A DNA stretch of 64,000 bases from Octopus vulgaris. Lineage: Eukaryota. A program made the position numbers and the translations under genes. The stretch is taken from positions 48,112,001 to 48,176,000 of the forward strand of contig OX597820.1 in NCBI GenBank assembly GCA_951406725.2, read 5' to 3'. Within the stretch, counting starts at the first letter, position 1, and every line of letters starts with the position of its first letter. The notes under the pieces are model-generated. The model did not search any database, was not told where the DNA came from, and worked only from the letters and a program-made list of their open reading frames with translations. This document shows positions 60,029 to 64,000 of this stretch, one piece after another.

Positions 60029-60746
60029 TATACCTCAACTTTAGAATAAAAGAAATATTCACACACAAATATTACATTCCAAAGAATCCATTACTAATCA
60101 CAGCTAAAATCACAGCTATAATCCATAACATACCAACTTCAAGTCATACAACACCTCACTACTTTAACCCATTCATATTCTCCCTTCTCTGTTTTTTTCT
60201 TCTTCTTCCTCTTCTTCTTCATCATCATCATTATCATCATCATCGTCGTCATAATCATCACCACCATCACCATCATCGTCATCTTCTCCTTCTCCTTCTT
60301 CTTCTTCTTCTTCTTCTTCTTCATCATCATCATCATCAACATCGTCATCTTCTTCTTCTTCCTCTTTTTCTTCTTCTTCTTCTTCTACTTCTCCACCTCC
60401 TACCCCTTAACTTTGTCACTAATGTTCTTTAGTATAACACCTACGCAAATTCTATAAACAAGCCTGTCAATATAAATATTCTCCTGAATTGAACTGAGAC
60501 TGCCAGCCGCCACTGACCATTCAAAATACGACCATCAGGGCACTCCCAGATTCTCCCACCCCCTTTCCTCACCAGCATTCTTCCTCTACTACCCTACCAA
60601 GAACTCACAACGACCTCCAACACACAAGTGCAAACAAGGGAGTCAGAGAAAGGCAGAATGCCACTTAAATCTGAACACTACTATAGAAATATTCCTTTAA
60701 AAAAACTTTTCTTCTAATTTTTCTAAATTTAACTATTTAATCGTTA

Positions 60747-60784
60747 CAGTTGAAAAGGTCTCAAAATGACCGAAACCGGTACTG
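60747..60784 (+). ncRNA. Minimal hammerhead with compensated U3-A8 core; identical mirror copy at ~59134-59171 on the minus strand
   Basis: cag TTGAAAA ggtc tcaaaat gacc GAAAC cg GTA ctg. Confidence 0.75.
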
Positions 60785-60871
60785 AAATGTTCACTATAAA
60801 ATTATTTTAGCATTTTCTATTTTTGACTTGTTTTTTTATATATATCAACTCGTGTGTTCCTTTTCACCCTT

Positions 60872-60919
<48 letters not shown>

Positions 60920-61043
60920 GTAGTCACAGATGATAAATATTGATCTCTGTGATTAACTAGAACTTAAACTGAGAATTAATACTGTATCCGCCCGGATAAT
61001 ATTTCCCTCCAAACTCATATATATATATATATATATATATATA

Positions 61044-61934
61044 CAGCGTGCGATGGGTAAATTGTCGTCATTATATTTATTTTTCTTTCGCGCATTGTTT
61101 GATTTTGGTTTTGTCGACTACAGAGTATAATAGCGTCAGTTGGACACCGTCTCTGAGAAAAACAGCACTATGACGCAATTCATTCTGCGAGAAATTTAGA
61201 AACGGCATGCTGTACTACTTGGCATTTGCACCAGAATACGAACATCTCAGAGTATTAGGGTGTCAATCTGTGGACTGTGCAGTCTGAGGATATGTACTGA
61301 GAGTGATAAAAATCAAGCATCCAATAAACATCATGGTGTTTGGAGTGACCATTAGTGATGGCAACGTTATGACTTCCTATTTATCTTCCCACAGACCGTT
61401 AGACTCAACTGGGAGGCATACATCAAATGCTTGGAGGAGGTAGTGCTGCTCTGGGTCAAGAGGCTGGTTGCTGCAAGAACCTATGTCTGGCTACAGGACT
61501 CTGCAACATGCCAAACAAGCAGGAGACTGCACCATACTATACAAGCATGGCTGTCAGACAATTTTTGCAACTACATCACCCTTAACATCTGGCCACCTAA
61601 CTCTCGAGACTTCAACTCTCTTGATTGTTATGTGTAGGGCGTAAGTTGAGCGAGGGATCAACAAAACTCCTTGTAACACGAAAGATGAACTGAGGGCAAG
61701 GATTATGGCAGCATTCACCAACTTAAACAAGTAGACCGTCCAGAAGAGTTGCAAGAAATTCCGAAGTCGTCTGGATGCCGTGGTTGAAGCTAATGGTGAT
61801 TTTATTGAATATGTTTACTCCAGTATTTCAAGATATTTTTAATGTAATTTTGGAAAATATATCAGTTAAAATGAGATATCAATGTTATTTTCATTTGTGT
61901 GTAATTTAGACGACAATTTATTCACCGCAACCTG
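61044..61934 (+). mobile_element. Internally deleted Tc1/mariner element, maT (DD37D)-like
   Basis: TIRs cagcgtgcgatgggtaaattgtcgtc / gacgacaatttattcaccgcaacctg with TA flanks; motifs KHPINIMVFGV, YVWLQDSA and WPPNSRDFNSLD. Confidence 0.85.
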
Positions 61935-62544
61935 TATATACATAAAAATTTTCGGTTTAGTCGAGTTAGTCTTTTGCAACTCTGAGTATCGCCTTCAAAA
62001 CATTGTGCACTCGCCAGCGAAACTCAGAGGAATATGAGACTAACTGGAACATTGCTTCCTTCGTTTACTCGTTCTTCTTATTCTCTTTCTGTGGATTACT
62101 CTTTCTCTCAACACTCAACTTATACAAACACACACACGCACGCATAAGAAAAGTGGAAATCAGAAAGAACTAATAGAATTTTATTTTGACTTTAGAAGAA
62201 TTTCGAAGAATTAATGTAAATGGAAAGAAACTGACAAAGATAGAAGAAAACCGAACACAGTTGTGGTTACTAAACATTCTTTTACGTCACTTCCAGTATT
62301 TCTATAACAATGACTGTGAGGCTAACAATAGGATAACCAAACAATGAAAGGAAACTGACATTAGGAGAAGTAAACAAAGTGAGATGCTAAAAAGTGGAAA
62401 ATAACATCAGAAACCAATAAGTTTGGAAGTAAACAAGTTAAATGCTAATATTGTTAGTGCTTAATAATGTGTGAGACGAATCATGTTATTCTCTACGAGA
62501 GTTAGAATCTCACATTATCAGTATCTTATAATGTGACAGGTTAA

Positions 62545-62845
62545 CTATGGCCGTATGCAATAAGCTCGTCTCATGATCGTAGGGTCTTGAGTTCGTTTCT
62601 TGAGCAAGATACTTTATTTTCACATTGATCCAGTTCACTCAACTGGCAAAAGTGATTTGTACCTGTATTTCAATGGACCAACATTTCTATATGTGGGCTG
62701 TCACGCTGGTTCTCCCTGAGAACTACCTTAAGCGTACTTGTGTCTGTGGAGTGCTCAGCCACATGCACGTTAATTTTACGAGCAGGGTTTCCTGTTGGTC
62801 GAATCAAGTGGTACACCTGTTGTCGTGACCGACGAAGATCCCGGC
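62545..62845 (+). mobile_element. Degenerate tRNA-derived SINE
   Basis: catgatcgtagggtcttgagttcg...cttgagcaagatactttatttt...gtctgtggagtgctcagccac; same family as 42455. Confidence 0.7.
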
Positions 62846-62879
62846 CATGTAATAAGTTGAGAAGCTAAAAGTATTAGCG

Positions 62880-63150
62880 ACTAATAATGGGAGAAGATAA
62901 CAACGCCCGTTTCTTATAGGGGGACGCACTAATAATATAATCATCTATTAATGTGAGGGGGTAACAATGTCAGCTTGAGAGGTTAAAGTAATAATATGAG
63001 AGGCAAACAGTTTCACTGTCCAAGAATGTGAGAGACTAACAATGTCAGTGTGTTAGGCTGAGAGCAATAATGTGGGAGGCCTGCAAGGTCATTTTAAAAT
63101 AAATGCGATGGGTTAACAATGTGAGGGAGCAATAATATGAGAGGCTAACA
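62880..63150 (+). repeat. Degenerate minisatellite built on aataatgtgagaggctaac-like units
   Basis: Recurrent aatgtgag, ggctaac and acaatgtcag words. Confidence 0.6.
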
Positions 63151-64000
63151 TGGTCAGAGTTAAAAAAAACATTTTTTGTCATGCTATTTAAACTTTTTCA
63201 GCTGAGTTAAGGTAATTTTAGGGTGCTAAATCCAAATCTGACGTAAGTTTTTAGACAGTACGTGTAGTTTTTTTTAGTTATTCACAGCATCAGATTTTCC
63301 AACCAATTGATAATATTGACGAAGTAGTAGGCTATTTGCTTTCGATTTTCATTCATATACTCATCACCGAAATAAAAATAAGTGCTGATAGAGGGAAATG
63401 TAGGCTACCTGTTAAATTGCCACACAAAATGAAAATTCATTTTACTTTGCCATTGCTGTAATTATAGTAGTAGGTTATAGTAAGCCACTCAGACTTGTTT
63501 TCTTGTTAACTGCAATTGCTGTTAAAACAAAGTACATCAAGTAAGAGAGTCAGTTTATATGAAAAGTAGCTTAGTAGTAAGTTTAGCTGTTTATTAAAGT
63601 GATCAATGTTTGAAATTTAGAGATGGAAAAAAATTGTTTCGTGATAGCTATAGCCTCAGTACATTCTACAATAATTTCAATGATTGTTTTTGAGAAATAT
63701 ATTTTGATGTTTAACAGTAACATTTACACCTGATTAATTTTATATTTTAGTTTACTGATAGGCTTCCTTGAGTGTTGATTTAGGTTATCACTGTATGTAT
63801 TTATGATGAGCAGAAAAGTTTGAGTTAATCACCCGGACAATTTTTGTTACGTGTGTGGAAAATTTGCGCCAAAAGAAATATGATTACAAAGAAATTTTAA
63901 AATGCTTACAAGCTTTAATTTGGGTGCAAAGTTAGGGACCAAGATAAACTGTAGGTGCCTCACTTTTGTTGTAAAAACTGCTACATAGCCTAACCCGATG
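63150..64000 (+). mobile_element. 5' part of a DNA transposon with a Cys-rich transposase N-terminus (Chapaev3/CMC-like); pseudogenised ORF from 63806, runs off the window end
   Basis: MSRKV*VNHPDNFCYVCGKF...NAYKL*FGCKVRDQDKL*VPHFCCKNC matches the remembered N.PD.FCY.CG / FG...GDQDK.WAPH..C..C pattern. The family name is from memory. Confidence 0.7.

Larger units (their letters stand above)
59075..60872. mobile_element. 5'-truncated Penelope-like element with ~800-bp inverted pLTRs
   Basis: 59075-59880 is a near-perfect reverse complement of 60010-60845. The spacer encodes a GIY-YIG C-terminus and both arms carry a hammerhead. Embedded in (TA)n. Confidence 0.9.

Noticed and set aside
62880-63150. 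Repeat-spacer-like periodicity (CRISPR-like)
   Set aside because: Units are degenerate and irregular with no unique spacers or cas genes; a eukaryotic minisatellite.

Overview
AT-rich, microsatellite-dense eukaryotic DNA, most likely intronic or intergenic. The SINE and transposon complement looks like a cephalopod (Octopus-like) genome; this is an inference from remembered repeat families and has not been verified. I can support no intact host protein-coding gene, and nearly all ORFs in the track are translated microsatellites. The window is a mosaic of decayed mobile elements: Tc1/mariner/maT remnants, hAT and pogo-type MITEs, a non-autonomous Helitron, many tRNA-derived SINEs, RTE fragments, a near full-length R4/Dong-type RLE non-LTR retrotransposon stacked in TAA repeats, a Chapaev3-like transposase fragment and Penelope-like element (PLE) remnants. 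The most striking signal is about a dozen minimal type-I hammerhead ribozyme (HHR) motifs. Most have a palindromic helix III, several have non-canonical cores (CCGACGA, CCGAUGA, and a compensated U3-A8 core UUGAAAA), and they recur as outward-facing pairs in long inverted repeats next to (TA)n tracts. One such unit (59075-60872) keeps the 3' end of a PLE GIY-YIG ORF between its arms, which ties the system to Penelope-like elements or retrozymes. All folds and identities were judged by eye.
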